This document shows, in pieces, positions 27,342-39,636 of a stretch of 64,000 bases of DNA. The notes under the pieces were generated by a model. That model had not been told where the DNA came from, did not search any database, and saw only the letters and a program-made list of their open reading frames with translations. This stretch comes from Methylophilaceae bacterium. Lineage in GTDB: Bacteria > Pseudomonadota > Gammaproteobacteria > Burkholderiales > Methylophilaceae. Both the position numbers and the translations under genes were made by a program. Position 1 is the stretch's first letter, and every line of letters starts with the position of its first letter. The stretch is taken from positions 8,318-72,317 of the forward strand of contig JAYVMU010000037.1 of NCBI GenBank assembly GCA_043758775.1, written 5' to 3'.

Positions 27342-29939
27342 CTAGCTCACCTGTACCAGCACTTTCAATTGATACAATATTTCTAGCGCCTGTTTTGGCG
27401 TTAATTCATCAGGCTTGATACGCTCCAATTCACTAATGGCAGCATGCAAAACCGGCTCTGGTGTTGGATTGTTACTCACAAACATATCCGTTTGTGAGGT
27501 GTTTGCTTGGTGCGCTACTTGGTTAACTTCTAATTGTGCCAGTTTGCGTCGTGCACTCGCCACCACTGATTTAGGTATGCCCGCCAGCTGCGCAACTTGC
27601 AGACCATAACTTTGATTGGCGGCACCCTCTTCCACTTTGTGCATAAACACAATGTTTTTATTCTCACCCACGCCATGCTCTACCGCATCTAAATGCACAT
27701 TGGCGGCATGCTTAAATTCTTCAATTATCCTAGTGAGTTCGAAATAATGGGTGGCAAACAGCGTATAACTGCGATTCTTTTCTAGCAGTTGCTTCGCTAC
27801 TGCCCAAGCCAGTGACAAGCCATCAAAAGTAGAGGTACCGCGACCGATCTCATCTAACAATACCAAGCTTTTATCCGTAGCATTATGCAGAATATTGGCA
27901 GTTTCCGTCATTTCCACCATAAAAGTTGAGCGCCCGCCAGCCAAGTCATCTGATGCACCGATACGGGTGAATATACGATCAATCTCACCGATTTTTACTG
28001 AAGTAGCCGGCACATAGCAACCGCAATGCGCCAGCAATACAATCAGCGCAGTTTGACGCATAAAAGTAGATTTACCGCCCATATTCGGCCCAGTAATAAG
28101 CAGCAGTTGGCGATAGGGATTAAGCGTTACATCATTGCTGATAAACGGCTGTGTGAGTTGCTCAACCACGAGGTGGCGACCATCGACAATCTCAATACCA
28201 GCCTCGGTAGTAAATTGTGGCGCTACGTAATCCAAGCTTGTGGCGCGCTCGGCAAAGCAGCACAGCACATCCAGACTAGCCACTGCACCAGCATTGGTTT
28301 GCAGGGCAATGATATAGGGCGCTAAAAGATTCAGCACCTCTTCATACAGCATCTTTTCACGCGCTAATGCACGATCATTTGCTGACAATACTTTGTCTTC
28401 AAAGGCTTTAAGCTCAGGCGTGATAAACCGCTCTACGTTTTTTAAGGTTTGGCGACGACGATATTCCGTCGGTGCATTTTCAGCTTGCGCACGGCTAATT
28501 TCAATGTAAAAACCGTGTACGCTGTTGTACTCAACCTTGAGATTAGTTAAACCCGTACGCTCTCTTTCCGCCGCTTCAAACTTGAGCAGGAAATCACCAT
28601 GGTTGGTTTGTATACTACGTAATTCATCTAACTCAACATCAAAACCATCGGCAATTACTCCGCCTTCGCGCAACACCAGTGACGGTTCTGATTTGATGGC
28701 TTTATGCAACAAATCCATCAAGCCCTGCGGCACTTGCAAACTAGCGCCTAGCATTTCCAGCAAGCTTGAGTTCGCCGCTATCAAATACGTTTGCAATAAC
28801 GGCAACTGTTGCAAACTTTCACGCAAACCCGATAAATCACGTGGTCTAGCGGTTTTAAGCGCAATACGTGTAGTGATGCGCTCTATATCACCGATGGGCT
28901 TTAGCGCAGTTTGCAGGTTTGCAGATTGACTTTGATTAAGTAACGCACTCACTGCCTCATGCCGCTTAGCAACGAGCTGCGTATCGCGCAACGGATGATG
29001 CAGCCAATGTCGCAACAAGCGAGCACCCATGGCGGTTTGTGTAGTATTGAGTAGTGAAAACAACGTAGGTGAGTCTTCACCACGCAAGGTTTGGTCTATC
29101 TCTAGATTACGCCGCGTGGCAGCATCTAATTGAATAAACTGACTCGTTTGTTCGACAGATAAGCTACTTAAATGCGGCACAGTGCTGCGTTGGGTATGTT
29201 TAATATAATCCAGTAACGCTCCCGCAGCACAAACCGCAGGGTGCAAATCGGCACAACCAAAACCGTTCAAATCGTAAGTATTAAATTGTTTAGTCAGCGT
29301 TTGAAAAGCCGCATCAGAATCAAACCGCCAAGTGGCTAATCGTTTTTTAGGGCACTTAATAGCAGATATTGCCGCATGGTTAAAATCATCGGCAATTAAT
29401 ACTTCAGCCGGATGGATGCGTTCCAGTTCCTGCGCCAGCAAGCCTATGGCAATTTCGCTTAAGACAAATGTGCCGGAAGCTAAGTTGATGCGTGCCAGCC
29501 CAATTAAACTCTCACCCTGAAACACACTCAGTAATTGATTGTCACGCGTATCATCCATCAATGCGCTATCGGTGAGTGTACCGGGAGTAAGTATACGTGT
29601 AACTTGCCGCTCGACAGGACCTTTAGAGGTCGCAGGGTCGCCAATTTGCTCACAGATTGCGACCGCTTCACCTAATTTTGCCAGTTTCGCTAAATATTGT
29701 TCGGCAGCATGGTACGGCACTCCCGCCATGCGAATCGGCTCACCGTTACTAGAACCGCGTTTAGTTAATGTAATACCCAACAGCTTAGATGCGCGCTCGG
29801 CATCATCATGAAACAGTTCGTAAAAATCCCCCATACGGTAAAACAACAGCATATCAGGATGCTGTGCCTTAATCGCCCAGTATTGGCGCATCATGGGGGT
29901 GTGCTGTGGCTGATGTTGTATTAAACTGTTTGCAGTCAC
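27342..29939 (-). CDS. mutS: DNA mismatch repair protein MutS
   Basis: [12 protein letters not shown]-terminus, [26 protein letters not shown]. 865 aa. Confidence 0.95.
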   Translation of the reverse strand: MTANSLIQHQPQHTPMMRQYWAIKAQHPDMLLFYRMGDFYELFHDDAERASKLLGITLTKRGSSNGEPIRMAGVPYHAAEQYLAKLAKLGEAVAICEQIGDPATSKGPVERQVTRILTPGTLTDSALMDDTRDNQLLSVFQGESLIGLARINLASGTFVLSEIAIGLLAQELERIHPAEVLIADDFNHAAISAIKCPKKRLATWRFDSDAAFQTLTKQFNTYDLNGFGCADLHPAVCAAGALLDYIKHTQRSTVPHLSSLSVEQTSQFIQLDAATRRNLEIDQTLRGEDSPTLFSLLNTTQTAMGARLLRHWLHHPLRDTQLVAKRHEAVSALLNQSQSANLQTALKPIGDIERITTRIALKTARPRDLSGLRESLQQLPLLQTYLIAANSSLLEMLGASLQVPQGLMDLLHKAIKSEPSLVLREGGVIADGFDVELDELRSIQTNHGDFLLKFEAAERERTGLTNLKVEYNSVHGFYIEISRAQAENAPTEYRRRQTLKNVERFITPELKAFEDKVLSANDRALAREKMLYEEVLNLLAPYIIALQTNAGAVASLDVLCCFAERATSLDYVAPQFTTEAGIEIVDGRHLVVEQLTQPFISNDVTLNPYRQLLLITGPNMGGKSTFMRQTALIVLLAHCGCYVPATSVKIGEIDRIFTRIGASDDLAGGRSTFMVEMTETANILHNATDKSLVLLDEIGRGTSTFDGLSLAWAVAKQLLEKNRSYTLFATHYFELTRIIEEFKHAANVHLDAVEHGVGENKNIVFMHKVEEGAANQSYGLQVAQLAGIPKSVVASARRKLAQLEVNQVAHQANTSQTDMFVSNNPTPEPVLHAAISELERIKPDELTPKQALEILYQLKVLVQVS

Positions 29940-29981
29940 GATAGCTTTAATTCGGGTTGTAGATTAAATAATCTCTAAAAA

Positions 29982-30845
29982 TTAAACCCACAACTCCGGA
30001 CCATTATCTTCTGGCTCAACTTTTACTTTTGCATTTTTTGCCGCAGCCGTTTTTAAATTATCTGTTAAATGTGGCGCTAGTGTTTGTAGCATCTGTGCAA
30101 ATACTTTAGGGTTACCAGCTACGATATTGCCAGAGTCAATCCAGCTTTCATTACCTTCAAAATCACCTACGATGCCGCCAGCCTCCTGCACTAACAACGC
30201 ACCTGCGGCAATATCCCACGCCGACAAATTAAGCTCAAAAAAACCATCAGTCCATCCTGCTGCGACATAAGCCAGATCCAAAGCCGCCGAACCTGGGCGA
30301 CGAATACCTGTAGTTTTCTTAATCATGTCTTTAAACATGGCAAGGTAAGTATCGAGATGCGTAAAATCACGGAATGGAAAACCGGTTGAGATTAATGATT
30401 CCTGCAATTTATTACGACTACCGACACGAATACGTTTGTCGTTTAAAAATGCACCGCGACCCTTAGTTGCCGTGAATAAATCATTGCGCACTGGGTCGTA
30501 AATGACCGCTTGTGTCAGCACGCCCTTTTGCTGCAAGGCAATAGACACACAATATTGCGGAAAGCTATGAAGAAAATTGGTCGTGCCATCTAATGGGTCA
30601 ATAATCCAGATATTTTCCGCTTCGCTATTACTATTGCCACTCTCTTCGCCCAAAAAACCGTGATCTGGATAAGCCTCTCTTAACGTATCAATGATAATTT
30701 TTTCAGCGGCACGGTCTACTTCCGTCACAAAATCATTATAGGTTTTGGTTTGAATTTTAAGCGTGCCCAAATCGCGCGAGGCAAAATTAATAATGTCGCC
30801 AGCGAGGCGTGCAGCCTTAACGGCATTGATAAGCATGGGATGCAT
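29982..30845 (-). CDS. suhB: inositol monophosphatase family protein SuhB
   Basis: [12 protein letters not shown] and other IMPase motifs. ATG 30845 ([13 protein letters not shown]) is likelier than the track start at 30857. Confidence 0.9.
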   Translation of the reverse strand: MHPMLINAVKAARLAGDIINFASRDLGTLKIQTKTYNDFVTEVDRAAEKIIIDTLREAYPDHGFLGEESGNSNSEAENIWIIDPLDGTTNFLHSFPQYCVSIALQQKGVLTQAVIYDPVRNDLFTATKGRGAFLNDKRIRVGSRNKLQESLISTGFPFRDFTHLDTYLAMFKDMIKKTTGIRRPGSAALDLAYVAAGWTDGFFELNLSAWDIAAGALLVQEAGGIVGDFEGNESWIDSGNIVAGNPKVFAQMLQTLAPHLTDNLKTAAAKNAKVKVEPEDNGPELWV

Positions 30846-31043
30846 GTGATTTTCCAATTGACTTTTGCTAAGGTCTAGGTTGATTTCTGCCCTAGTTTTA
30901 CTTTAGCATTGATGTTTAGCACTAGTTTAAAGAGCTGTTAAAATGCTATTTTACCGTTGATTGCATACTTCTAACAAATTGCAACCAAATATTTACGAAT
31001 AACACCTACAAAACAAGGTTTTCTACATCAAAGTCAGGCTAAA

Positions 31044-31832
31044 TTGCAAACCAATATCCAATCCAACGATCAGCTCAACAAACGCTTAGGCATACTCAAT
31101 AATTTTCGCGTCGTGCTGTGCCAGACTAGCCATCCTGGCAATATAGGTTCAGCTGCGCGTGCCATGAAAACCATGGGCATAAGTAGTTTATATTTGGTTA
31201 ATCCAGGCTCCTTTCCTGATGCTCATGCCACCGCATTATCAACTGGTGCAGCAAATTTGCTAGAAAACGCCATTGTGTGTACTAGCCTAACTGAAGCATT
31301 AACTGGCTGCGCATTTGCTATTGGCTTAAGTGCACGTAAACGACAGCTATCACATGAGCTACTAACTACAAGACAAGCCGCTGGTCGCGCTATTGAAATT
31401 GCTGCGAGTCAACCTGTAGCCTTAGTCTTCGGCACAGAAATGAGTGGCTTAAGTAATGCGGAATTAGATTGCTGCCAGATGCTGGCAATGATTCCAGCTA
31501 ATCCCGAATATTCATCACTCAATTTAGCCGCTGCCGTACAAGTCATGTGTTACGAACTGCGCATGGCAGTGCTTGAAAGCGCTGATTTTCCTTTAGAATT
31601 ATCGCCGAATAAAACCAATGAGCTTGCAACAATAGATAGCATAGAAGGCTTTTATGCGCATCTGGAAGAAACCTTGTTATACATTGGCTACTTAAATCCA
31701 GCTGCACCAAAAAAACTCATGGAAAGAATCCGCCGCATCTACGCCAGAACTAGATTAGAAAAAGAAGAAGTAAATTTACTCCGCGGTATATTAACGCTGA
31801 CTAAAGTACCAAGAAAACACGATAAATATTAA
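31044..31832 (+). CDS. trmJ: tRNA (cytidine/uridine-2'-O)-methyltransferase TrmJ
   Basis: SpoU-type SHPGNIGSAARAMKTMG. Divergent from suhB as in E. coli. The TTG start is uncertain. Confidence 0.85.
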   Translation: MQTNIQSNDQLNKRLGILNNFRVVLCQTSHPGNIGSAARAMKTMGISSLYLVNPGSFPDAHATALSTGAANLLENAIVCTSLTEALTGCAFAIGLSARKRQLSHELLTTRQAAGRAIEIAASQPVALVFGTEMSGLSNAELDCCQMLAMIPANPEYSSLNLAAAVQVMCYELRMAVLESADFPLELSPNKTNELATIDSIEGFYAHLEETLLYIGYLNPAAPKKLMERIRRIYARTRLEKEEVNLLRGILTLTKVPRKHDKY

Positions 31833-31925
31833 TCTTGATTTCTCCAGCCATATTTCCCTACTAAAATAGTCAACTATAGCATTTTATGGCATAATAATAT
31901 TTTCGTTATCGCCATATTGAACCCA

Positions 31926-32684
31926 ATGTTTGAGCACATTAAAGAAGATATTTCAATCGTATTCGAGCGTGACCCAGCGGCACGCACGCACTGGGAAATA
32001 CTGACTACTTATCCTGGTGTACATGCACTGATGATGCATCGTGTATCACATGCATTATGGAACATTCAACTTTATTGGCTAGCTCGTTTCAGCTCCCATA
32101 TTGCACGCTGGCTTACTGGCATTGAAATCCACCCTGGTGCAACCATTGGTCATCGAGTATTTATCGATCACGGCATGGGCGTTGTCATTGGCGAAACCGC
32201 AGTCATCGGTGACGACTGCACACTGTACCACGGCGTCACTTTAGGTGGCACTTCTTGGAATAAAGGCAAGCGCCATCCAACCTTAAAAAATGGCGTGGTC
32301 ATCGGTGCGGGCGCAAAAGTATTAGGCCCAATTACTGTCGGCGCTGGTGCAAAAATCGGCTCTAATGCTGTTGTGGTCAAGGATGTGCCTGAAAATGCGA
32401 CTGCAGTAGGTATTCCTGCACGTATTCTAGAAGAAGAAAAAGCCAAAAAACGTGATGAAACCGCTCAAAAAATTGGCTTTTCAGCCTATGCGGTTGGTGA
32501 CGTCAATAATGATCCAATGACCAAAGCCATACATTCATTATTAGACCATGCCGCCAAGCAGGATTTAGAATTGCAGGCATTAAAAAATCAGCTAGCACAA
32601 CTTACAGATGAAAAATCAGATATTGAACTAGGTGGAGCATTTGCCACAAAAAAACCACGTTTGAAAAAAGCACAAGCTGAATAA
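31926..32684 (+). CDS. cysE: serine O-acetyltransferase
   Basis: Left-handed beta-helix hexapeptide repeats ([38 protein letters not shown]). ATG 31926 is preferred to TTG 31917. Confidence 0.9.
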   Translation: MFEHIKEDISIVFERDPAARTHWEILTTYPGVHALMMHRVSHALWNIQLYWLARFSSHIARWLTGIEIHPGATIGHRVFIDHGMGVVIGETAVIGDDCTLYHGVTLGGTSWNKGKRHPTLKNGVVIGAGAKVLGPITVGAGAKIGSNAVVVKDVPENATAVGIPARILEEEKAKKRDETAQKIGFSAYAVGDVNNDPMTKAIHSLLDHAAKQDLELQALKNQLAQLTDEKSDIELGGAFATKKPRLKKAQAE

Positions 32685-32718
32685 TCCACGAAAATACATC
32701 GCCGAACCAAACTCGATA

Positions 32719-32751
32719 ATAATTGACTAAAATAGTAGGTTATTATAGAAT
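32719..32751 (+). promoter_or_regulatory. isc promoter (TTGACT-17-TAGAAT) overlapped by a type-1 IscR box
   Basis: ATAATTGACTAAAATAGTAGGTTAT (32719-32743) matches ATASYYGACTRWWWYAGTCRRSTAT at 22 of 25 positions by my count. The -35 TTGACT is at 32723-32728 and the -10 TAGAAT at 32746-32751. Confidence 0.7.
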
Positions 32752-32824
32752 CACGGTTCGTGATTAAACCAATTGAAGTACATTTAAACAAAACTATCGC
32801 TTAAGAACGCTATATTAAAACACC

Positions 32825-33337
32825 ATGAGACTCACAACCAAAGGCCGATTTGCCGTTACTGCTATGCTAGACCTTGCTATAAGCGAGAGTGACAAGCCTG
32901 TGACTTTGGCTGGCATTAGTGAACGTCAGGCTATTTCATTATCATATCTTGAGCAATTATTTAGCCGCTTACGCAAGCAAGGCTTAGTGAAAAGTGTGCG
33001 CGGGCCAGGTGGTGGTTATCGCATTGGCAAAAAACATGAAGAAATTAGCATCTCACAGATTATCACGGCAGTCGATGAACAAATAGACGCAACACAGTGT
33101 GGCGGGCAAGAAAACTGCCATGGTGAAGAAGGTCGCTGTATGACCCACGATTTATGGGCGTCACTTAACAGCAAGATTTTAGATTATTTATCAGGTGTGA
33201 CTCTAGCTGACATGGTGAGAAATCAGCAAGAAGCCAACCTTAATAAAGAACATGAAGCCAGTTGCGAAAAAAACGGCAAGCAAGTTATGTTTGCGCCCAG
33301 AAAACCTTGCACAGCTACAGAATCGGTGAGCGGCTAA
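32825..33337 (+). CDS. iscR: Fe-S cluster assembly transcriptional regulator IscR (Rrf2 family)
   Basis: [18 protein letters not shown] Rrf2 HTH. Cluster ligands are C-x5-C-x6-C-x2-H ([17 protein letters not shown]). Confidence 0.9.
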   Translation: MRLTTKGRFAVTAMLDLAISESDKPVTLAGISERQAISLSYLEQLFSRLRKQGLVKSVRGPGGGYRIGKKHEEISISQIITAVDEQIDATQCGGQENCHGEEGRCMTHDLWASLNSKILDYLSGVTLADMVRNQQEANLNKEHEASCEKNGKQVMFAPRKPCTATESVSG

Positions 33338-33352
33338 GGGCGCACTAAAGCT

Positions 33353-34552
33353 ATGGCTAGCATCTACTTCGATAACAACAGCACGACCGCGCTAGATGAG
33401 CGCGTGTTTAAAGCCATGTTGCCATTTATGACCATGCAACATGGCAATGCAACTAGCCGGCATGTATATGGTCGCACGGTACGCGATGCTGTTGAACAAG
33501 CGCGTGAACAGGTTGCTAATGCGGTCGCGGCTTATCCTTCGCAAGTAATTTTTACTGCCAGTGGCACTGAAGCGAATAACTTTGCGATTAACGGCATTAC
33601 TGGCAATTTACCTAATAGCCAAATCGCAGTAAGCAGCATTGAACACCCTTGTGTCACGCGACCTACTTTTGCACTACAAAAATATGGTTACAAAACCAAA
33701 GTTATTGCAGTAGATAACGACGGCAAGCTCGATTTAATACACTTGCAAAATATCTTGAAAAACGGGGGGCAAAACCCCACCTCATTGGTATCGGTCATGA
33801 TGGTGAATAATGAAACTGGTGTGATTCAGGATATAAATGCGATTGCCGAAATAGCCAAGCAATCTAAAGCTTATGTACATACCGATGCAGTACAAGCACT
33901 TGGCAAGATGCCAGTCAATTTTGCTGACTTGAATGTACATGCGATGACAATTTCATCACATAAAATTTATGGTCCTCAAGGTGCAGGCGCCTTGGTGCTG
34001 GATAAGCGTGTGGACATTGTGCCTTTGTTACATGGTGGTGGACAAGAAAAAGGCTTGCGTAGCGGCACAGAGAATGTCGCAGCCATTGTAGGTTTTGGTG
34101 CGGCTTGTGAGTTGGCTGTAAGTGAGTTAGCAATACGCTCTAACCACACAAAAATTTTGCGTGATCATTTAGAGCAAGGTTTAGCGCAAATGGGTGCAGT
34201 GATGTTTGGTAACAAAGTTACACGTATATCCAATACTAGTTTCTTTGCCTTCCCCAATATTGAGGGTGAAACCTTGGTCATGGCTTTAGATCGCAAAGGG
34301 TTTGCTGTGGCGAGTGGCTCTGCCTGCTCCAGTGATAGCACGGAACCTAGCCATGTATTGCTTGCCATGGGTGTGGCGCCAGATACGGCTCGCGGCGCTG
34401 TTCGTGTGAGCTTTGGCGCTGATGGGTTAGGTAGTAACACAATAGAACAAGTTGACCAATTTTTAGTCATACTTAAACAAGAGTTGCAACGATTAAAACA
34501 AATGACGGGTGTGCGATTCGATACAGTCGCACATAATGTACAAGTCGCTTAA
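33353..34552 (+). CDS. NifS-like class V aminotransferase / cysteine desulfurase (extra paralog)
   Basis: SSHKIYGPQGAGAL (PLP Lys) and ASGSACSSDSTEPSHVLLAMG (catalytic Cys loop). 399 aa. It lacks the IscS C-terminal tail and lies 15 nt after iscR. Confidence 0.85.
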   Translation: MASIYFDNNSTTALDERVFKAMLPFMTMQHGNATSRHVYGRTVRDAVEQAREQVANAVAAYPSQVIFTASGTEANNFAINGITGNLPNSQIAVSSIEHPCVTRPTFALQKYGYKTKVIAVDNDGKLDLIHLQNILKNGGQNPTSLVSVMMVNNETGVIQDINAIAEIAKQSKAYVHTDAVQALGKMPVNFADLNVHAMTISSHKIYGPQGAGALVLDKRVDIVPLLHGGGQEKGLRSGTENVAAIVGFGAACELAVSELAIRSNHTKILRDHLEQGLAQMGAVMFGNKVTRISNTSFFAFPNIEGETLVMALDRKGFAVASGSACSSDSTEPSHVLLAMGVAPDTARGAVRVSFGADGLGSNTIEQVDQFLVILKQELQRLKQMTGVRFDTVAHNVQVA

Positions 34553-34601
34553 GCGGCTGTGTATTAAAAAATAAAATTTAATTTTTAGAGTAGGAAATAA
34601 A

Positions 34602-35861
34602 ATGTCAGCAGTATTAGAAGAGAAAGTTAAAGAAGTGACAGCGCACCACGCGGAACGTGAGCCAATTTATTTGGATTATTCTGCCACTACGCCGGTAGAC
34701 CCCCGTGTCGCTGCAAAAATGATTCCCTACATTACTGAACACTTCGGTAATCCGGCGTCACGGAGCCACCCTTATGGCTGGACAGCAGAAAAAGCCGTTG
34801 AAAATGCACGTGTAGAGGTTGCAAAACTAGTCGGTGCAGACCCACGTGAAATCGTCTGGACATCGGGCGCAACTGAGTCCAACAACTTAGCGATTAAAGG
34901 CGCAGCGAACTTTTACAGTGGCAAAGGTAAGCATATTATTACCGTGGCAACTGAACACAAAGCAGTAATTGATACAGTACGTGAGCTGGAACGAGTAGGC
35001 TTCACCGCGACCTACTTAGAGCCAACGCCTAATGGTTTGTTAGACTTAGAAAAATTTAAGGCAGCGATTCGCCCTGATACCGTGTTGGCGTCAGTCATGT
35101 TGGTAAATAATGAAATTGGTGTAATTCAAGATATCACTGCGATTGGTAATATTTGCCGTGAAAACAATGTTATTTTCCACGTCGATGCAGCACAAGCTAC
35201 TGGCAAAGTGGAGATTGATTTAGAAACACTACCTGTCGATTTAATGAGTTTTTCTGCCCATAAAACCTATGGCCCTAAAGGCATAGGCGCGCTTTATGTA
35301 CGCCGCAAACCACGCATCCGCATCGAAGCACAAATGCACGGCGGCGGCCATGAGCGTGGCATGCGTTCAGGCACACTGGCGACACACCAAATTGTGGGCA
35401 TGGGCGAGGCGTTTAAAATCGCACGTGAGGAAATGGCAGTAGAAAATGTTAAAATTCGTAAGTTGCGTGACAAGCTATTGCACGGTTTGCAAGAAATTGA
35501 AGAAACCTACGTCAATGGCGACCTGAACCATCGCGTAGCGCATAATTTAAACATCAGTTTCAACTATGTTGAAGGTGAATCGCTCATTATGGCAGTAAAA
35601 GACATTGCTGTTTCAAGCGGCTCTGCCTGTACTTCGGCGAGTTTGGAGCCAAGTTATGTATTACGCGCTTTGGGCCGTAATGATGAGTTGGCACATAGCT
35701 CGATTCGCTTTTCTATTGGTCGATTTACGACAGAAGCCGATGTGGATTACACCATCGCCTTGCTAAAAAGTAAAGTGAGCAAATTACGTGAATTATCGCC
35801 ACTTTGGGATATGTTCAAAGATGGTATTGATATTAGTAAAGTACAGTGGGCTGCCCACTAA
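34602..35861 (+). CDS. iscS: cysteine desulfurase IscS
   Basis: [50 protein letters not shown], and the C-terminal tail [21 protein letters not shown]. Confidence 0.95.
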   Translation: MSAVLEEKVKEVTAHHAEREPIYLDYSATTPVDPRVAAKMIPYITEHFGNPASRSHPYGWTAEKAVENARVEVAKLVGADPREIVWTSGATESNNLAIKGAANFYSGKGKHIITVATEHKAVIDTVRELERVGFTATYLEPTPNGLLDLEKFKAAIRPDTVLASVMLVNNEIGVIQDITAIGNICRENNVIFHVDAAQATGKVEIDLETLPVDLMSFSAHKTYGPKGIGALYVRRKPRIRIEAQMHGGGHERGMRSGTLATHQIVGMGEAFKIAREEMAVENVKIRKLRDKLLHGLQEIEETYVNGDLNHRVAHNLNISFNYVEGESLIMAVKDIAVSSGSACTSASLEPSYVLRALGRNDELAHSSIRFSIGRFTTEADVDYTIALLKSKVSKLRELSPLWDMFKDGIDISKVQWAAH

Positions 35862-35873
35862 AGGAGAATTAAA

Positions 35874-36272
35874 ATGGCATATTCAGATAAAGTTTTAGAC
35901 CACTATGAACACCCGCGTAACGTGGGCTCATTAGATAAGAACGATCCGCAAGTTGGCACTGGTATGGTCGGTGCTCCAGCTTGTGGCGACGTGATGAAGT
36001 TGATGATTAAAGTGAATGATGACGGCATTATCGAAGATGCTAAATTCAAAACTTACGGTTGTGGCTCAGCCATTGCCTCTAGCTCACTGGTCACCGAATG
36101 GCTGAAAGGCAAGACTGTAGAAGAAGCGTATGCGATTAAGAACACTGCCATTGCGGAAGAACTCGCATTGCCGCCAGTCAAAATCCATTGCTCAGTATTG
36201 GCAGAGGATGCAATTAAAGCAGCTGTAGCAGATATTAAAGCGAAGCGACTGGCTGCTGCACAAGCGGTATAA
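35874..36272 (+). CDS. iscU: Fe-S cluster scaffold IscU
   Basis: GAPACGDVMKL, YGCGSAIASSS, IHCSVLAEDA. Confidence 0.95.
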   Translation: MAYSDKVLDHYEHPRNVGSLDKNDPQVGTGMVGAPACGDVMKLMIKVNDDGIIEDAKFKTYGCGSAIASSSLVTEWLKGKTVEEAYAIKNTAIAEELALPPVKIHCSVLAEDAIKAAVADIKAKRLAAAQAV

Positions 36273-36340
36273 TTTAGTAACTGCATAATGATTGGTAAGG
36301 GTGCAGTTGTTGCACTCTTACAAAAAATAGAGAAATAAAT

Positions 36341-36664
36341 ATGGCAATCACACTAACAGAAGTCGCTGCAAAACGTGTTGAAAAATTCCTTGCTAATCGT
36401 AGCAAAGGCGTAGGTTTACGTTTGGCTGTTAAAACCACGGGCTGTTCTGGCATGGCGTATACACTTGAGTTTGTCGATGAGGTACAAGCTGAAGATGTGA
36501 CATTTGAAAGCTTTGGCGTCAAGATTATCGTCGATCCAAAAAGCTTGGTCTACATCGACGGCACTGAGCTGGACTTCACCAAAGAGGGCCTGAACGAAGG
36601 GTTTAAGTTTAACAACCCTAATGTGAAAGATGAGTGCGGTTGCGGCGAGAGTTTTACTGTGTAA
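36341..36664 (+). CDS. iscA: iron-binding A-type carrier IscA
   Basis: 107 aa. GCSGMAY and a C-terminal CGCGESF. Confidence 0.95.
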   Translation: MAITLTEVAAKRVEKFLANRSKGVGLRLAVKTTGCSGMAYTLEFVDEVQAEDVTFESFGVKIIVDPKSLVYIDGTELDFTKEGLNEGFKFNNPNVKDECGCGESFTV

Positions 36665-36713
36665 AACACATTAGCCAACTAGTCTAACCCTATAGTCTTG
36701 GCTAATTAAAACT

Positions 36714-37247
36714 ATGCAAAATTACTTTGATTTATTTAATCTGCCCCACCAGTTTACTATTGATGCGCAACTTTTAGACCTCAATTACCGCAAACTGCAA
36801 ACTGCAGTACATCCTGATAAATTCGTGACCGCAACTGCTAACGAGCGCATGCAGTCTATGCAGCTTGCCACGACAGCGAATGAAGCTTATCAAACACTTA
36901 AAAATCCAACCGCGCGTGCCAGATACATGTTGCAACTACAAGGCATTGATAGTTTAGAACATAGCAACACTGCCATGCCGATGGATTTTTTAATGCGACA
37001 AATGGAATGGCGTGAAACGATGGAAGATGCAAAACATGCACGTGATATCAACGCGTTAGAAACGCTATTAAGAGAGATGCAACAATCGACTAAAGCCATG
37101 CAACACGATGTAGCGCATGCGCTAGATAACACGCAAGACCAGGAACACCTCAACCTTGCCACTGAACTTGTGCGTAAACTCAGCTTTATCGATAAAGTAC
37201 AAGCCGATGTTAAACAAGCAATCACTAAGCTAGAAACAACCGTATAG
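36714..37247 (+). CDS. hscB: co-chaperone HscB
   Basis: J-domain with HPD (AVHPDKF). 177 aa. Confidence 0.9.
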   Translation: MQNYFDLFNLPHQFTIDAQLLDLNYRKLQTAVHPDKFVTATANERMQSMQLATTANEAYQTLKNPTARARYMLQLQGIDSLEHSNTAMPMDFLMRQMEWRETMEDAKHARDINALETLLREMQQSTKAMQHDVAHALDNTQDQEHLNLATELVRKLSFIDKVQADVKQAITKLETTV

Positions 37248-37266
37248 AAACCTAAGATTAAACAGC

Positions 37267-39150
37267 ATGGCTTTATTACAAATATCAGAACCAGGCATGA
37301 GTGCCGCTCCTCACCAACACAAACTGGCAGTAGGCATTGATTTAGGCACCACCAACTCACTGGTTGCCACTGTACGCAGTGGTTTAAGCAGCGTACTATT
37401 CGATGAGTTCGGGCATGCTTTATTACCATCAGTCGTGCAATACGCCGCCAATGGTGAGATTATTGTTGGTCACGAAGCACAAGTGCAGCAATCACAAGAC
37501 CCGCATAATACGATTCTTTCTGCCAAACGATTTATGGGGCGCGGCCTTAAAGATATCGCCGACTACGCGCATCTGCCTTATAAGTTTGTCGATAAAGACG
37601 GCATGCTGCAAATTGAAACACGCACAGGCGCAAAAAGCCCGGTTGAAATCTCAGCTGAAATTTTAAGAACACTTAAAACACGTGCCGAACAAACGCTTGG
37701 TGGCGAGCTGGTTGGTGTAGTCATTACAGTACCGGCGTATTTTGATGACGCCCAGCGCCAAGCAACTAAAGATGCCGCACGACTCGCTGGCCTGAATGTA
37801 CTGCGCTTACTCAATGAGCCTACTGCCGCGGCCGTAGCTTATGGTCTGGATAATGCATCTGAAGGCATCTATGTCGTTTACGATTTAGGTGGCGGCACGT
37901 TTGATATTTCCATCTTGCGCTTATCTAAAGGCGTATTTGAAGTGCTGGCTACTAACGGCGATAGCGCTTTGGGCGGTGATGATTTTGACCAGCGTATTTT
38001 TTGCTGGGCGCTAGAACAACTACAAGCCAATGGCGCGAAAGTAACCCCTCTCAATGCGACTGATACGCGCATACTGTTGACCAAAGCCCGTGAAGCTAAA
38101 GAGTGGCTGACTGAGCATATGTCTGCACAAATCACTAGCGTGCTTAGTAATGGTGAAGTAGTGAACTTAACGCTCACCAGTCAGGCCTTTATGGGTATGA
38201 CACAAGCGCTGGTGACTAAAACGCTTAACCCGACACGGCGTGCCATGCGTGATGCAGATTTAAGCACAGATGACATCAAAGGTGTAGTGATGGTAGGTGG
38301 TGCTACACGTATGCCACAAGTACGCAAAGCCGTTGCAGAATACTTTAAGCAAGAACCCCTGACCAATTTGGATCCCGATAAAGTTGTCGCACTCGGTGCA
38401 GCGATACAAGCCAATACACTGGTAGGTAATCGCAGCGAAAATGATTTACTATTACTCGATGTGATTCCGCTATCGCTTGGCTTGGAGACCATGGGTGGCC
38501 TGGCAGAAAAAGTGATTCATCGTAACAGCACACTGCCGGTTGCGCGCGCGCAAGAATTTACTACTTACAAAGATGGCCAAACCGCCATGAGCATCCACGT
38601 TGTGCAAGGTGAACGTGAATTAGTGTCTGACTGTCGTTCACTGGCACGTTTTGAATTACGTGGCATCCCACCTATGGTGGCTGGAGCGGCACGTGTTCGC
38701 GTGACATTTACCGTAGATGCCGATGGTTTACTCAGTGTATCAGCGCGTGAACAAACCAGCGGTGTGGAATCTAACATTACCGTAAAACCATCTTACGGCT
38801 TGAGTGAAGATGAAATCACATCGATGTTGAAAAGCTCATTTGAAAAAGCCAACACAGATAAAGAAGCTCGTGCTTTAGCCGAAGCCATTGTTGATGCTAA
38901 CAGTATTATTGAAGCCATTAGTGCTGCGCTAGCACAGGATGGCAACGTGCTGCTGAACTCTAAAGAGCGCGCCGCAATTGAGACTGAAATGCAAGCTCTG
39001 CGAGAACTGACGGCAAAAACAGATAGCCATGCCATTACCCAAGCTGTTGATACACTCAATCATGCCACTGAAGCCTACGCTACAAAACGCATGGATGCAT
39101 CAGTCAATAAAGCTTTGGCTGGGCAGCACTTAAATGAGATTAATCTTTAA
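37267..39150 (+). CDS. hscA: Fe-S protein assembly chaperone HscA (Hsp70 family)
   Basis: GIDLGTTNS and DLGGGTFD. 627 aa. Confidence 0.95.
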   Translation: MALLQISEPGMSAAPHQHKLAVGIDLGTTNSLVATVRSGLSSVLFDEFGHALLPSVVQYAANGEIIVGHEAQVQQSQDPHNTILSAKRFMGRGLKDIADYAHLPYKFVDKDGMLQIETRTGAKSPVEISAEILRTLKTRAEQTLGGELVGVVITVPAYFDDAQRQATKDAARLAGLNVLRLLNEPTAAAVAYGLDNASEGIYVVYDLGGGTFDISILRLSKGVFEVLATNGDSALGGDDFDQRIFCWALEQLQANGAKVTPLNATDTRILLTKAREAKEWLTEHMSAQITSVLSNGEVVNLTLTSQAFMGMTQALVTKTLNPTRRAMRDADLSTDDIKGVVMVGGATRMPQVRKAVAEYFKQEPLTNLDPDKVVALGAAIQANTLVGNRSENDLLLLDVIPLSLGLETMGGLAEKVIHRNSTLPVARAQEFTTYKDGQTAMSIHVVQGERELVSDCRSLARFELRGIPPMVAGAARVRVTFTVDADGLLSVSAREQTSGVESNITVKPSYGLSEDEITSMLKSSFEKANTDKEARALAEAIVDANSIIEAISAALAQDGNVLLNSKERAAIETEMQALRELTAKTDSHAITQAVDTLNHATEAYATKRMDASVNKALAGQHLNEINL

Positions 39151-39192
39151 CCAATACTTTTTAAGTATGCATCGCTAATAGAAAGAGAATTT

Positions 39193-39534
39193 ATGCCACA
39201 AATCATTGTATTGCCACACGTAGAGCTCTGCCCTGATGGTGCAGCGATTGAAGCCCAGACTGGCAATTCTATTTGCGAAACTCTGCTAGAAAATGAAATT
39301 GATATTGATCACGCTTGTGACCAAGTCTGTGCTTGCACAACCTGTCACGTGATTGTACGTGAAGGCTACAGCAGCTTGAATGATACGCAAGAAAATGAGG
39401 AAGATTTGCTAGATCAAGCTTGGGGTTTAGAGCCAAAATCACGCTTATCTTGTCAAGCAATTGTTGGGACACAAGACATAGTAATAGAGATACCTAAATA
39501 CTCCATTAATATGGCAAAAGAAGGTCACCGTTAA
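39193..39534 (+). CDS. fdx: ISC-system [2Fe-2S] ferredoxin
   Basis: CDQVCACTTCH and LSCQ cysteine ligands. 113 aa. No iscX follows. Confidence 0.9.
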   Translation: MPQIIVLPHVELCPDGAAIEAQTGNSICETLLENEIDIDHACDQVCACTTCHVIVREGYSSLNDTQENEEDLLDQAWGLEPKSRLSCQAIVGTQDIVIEIPKYSINMAKEGHR

Positions 39535-39567
39535 AACTTTGCAACTATAGCGACTAAAAGATTACGT

Positions 39568-39608
39568 AAGTAATTTAACTTTTTAAACCAAAAAAAATTA
39601 AATTACTT
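39568..39608. terminator. AT-rich inverted repeat between fdx and carbonic anhydrase (weak terminator candidate)
   Basis: AAGTAATTTAA-19nt-TTAAATTACTT. Confidence 0.3.
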
Positions 39609-39636
39609 CCATATAAACTACCGAGGTTATAGCTCA

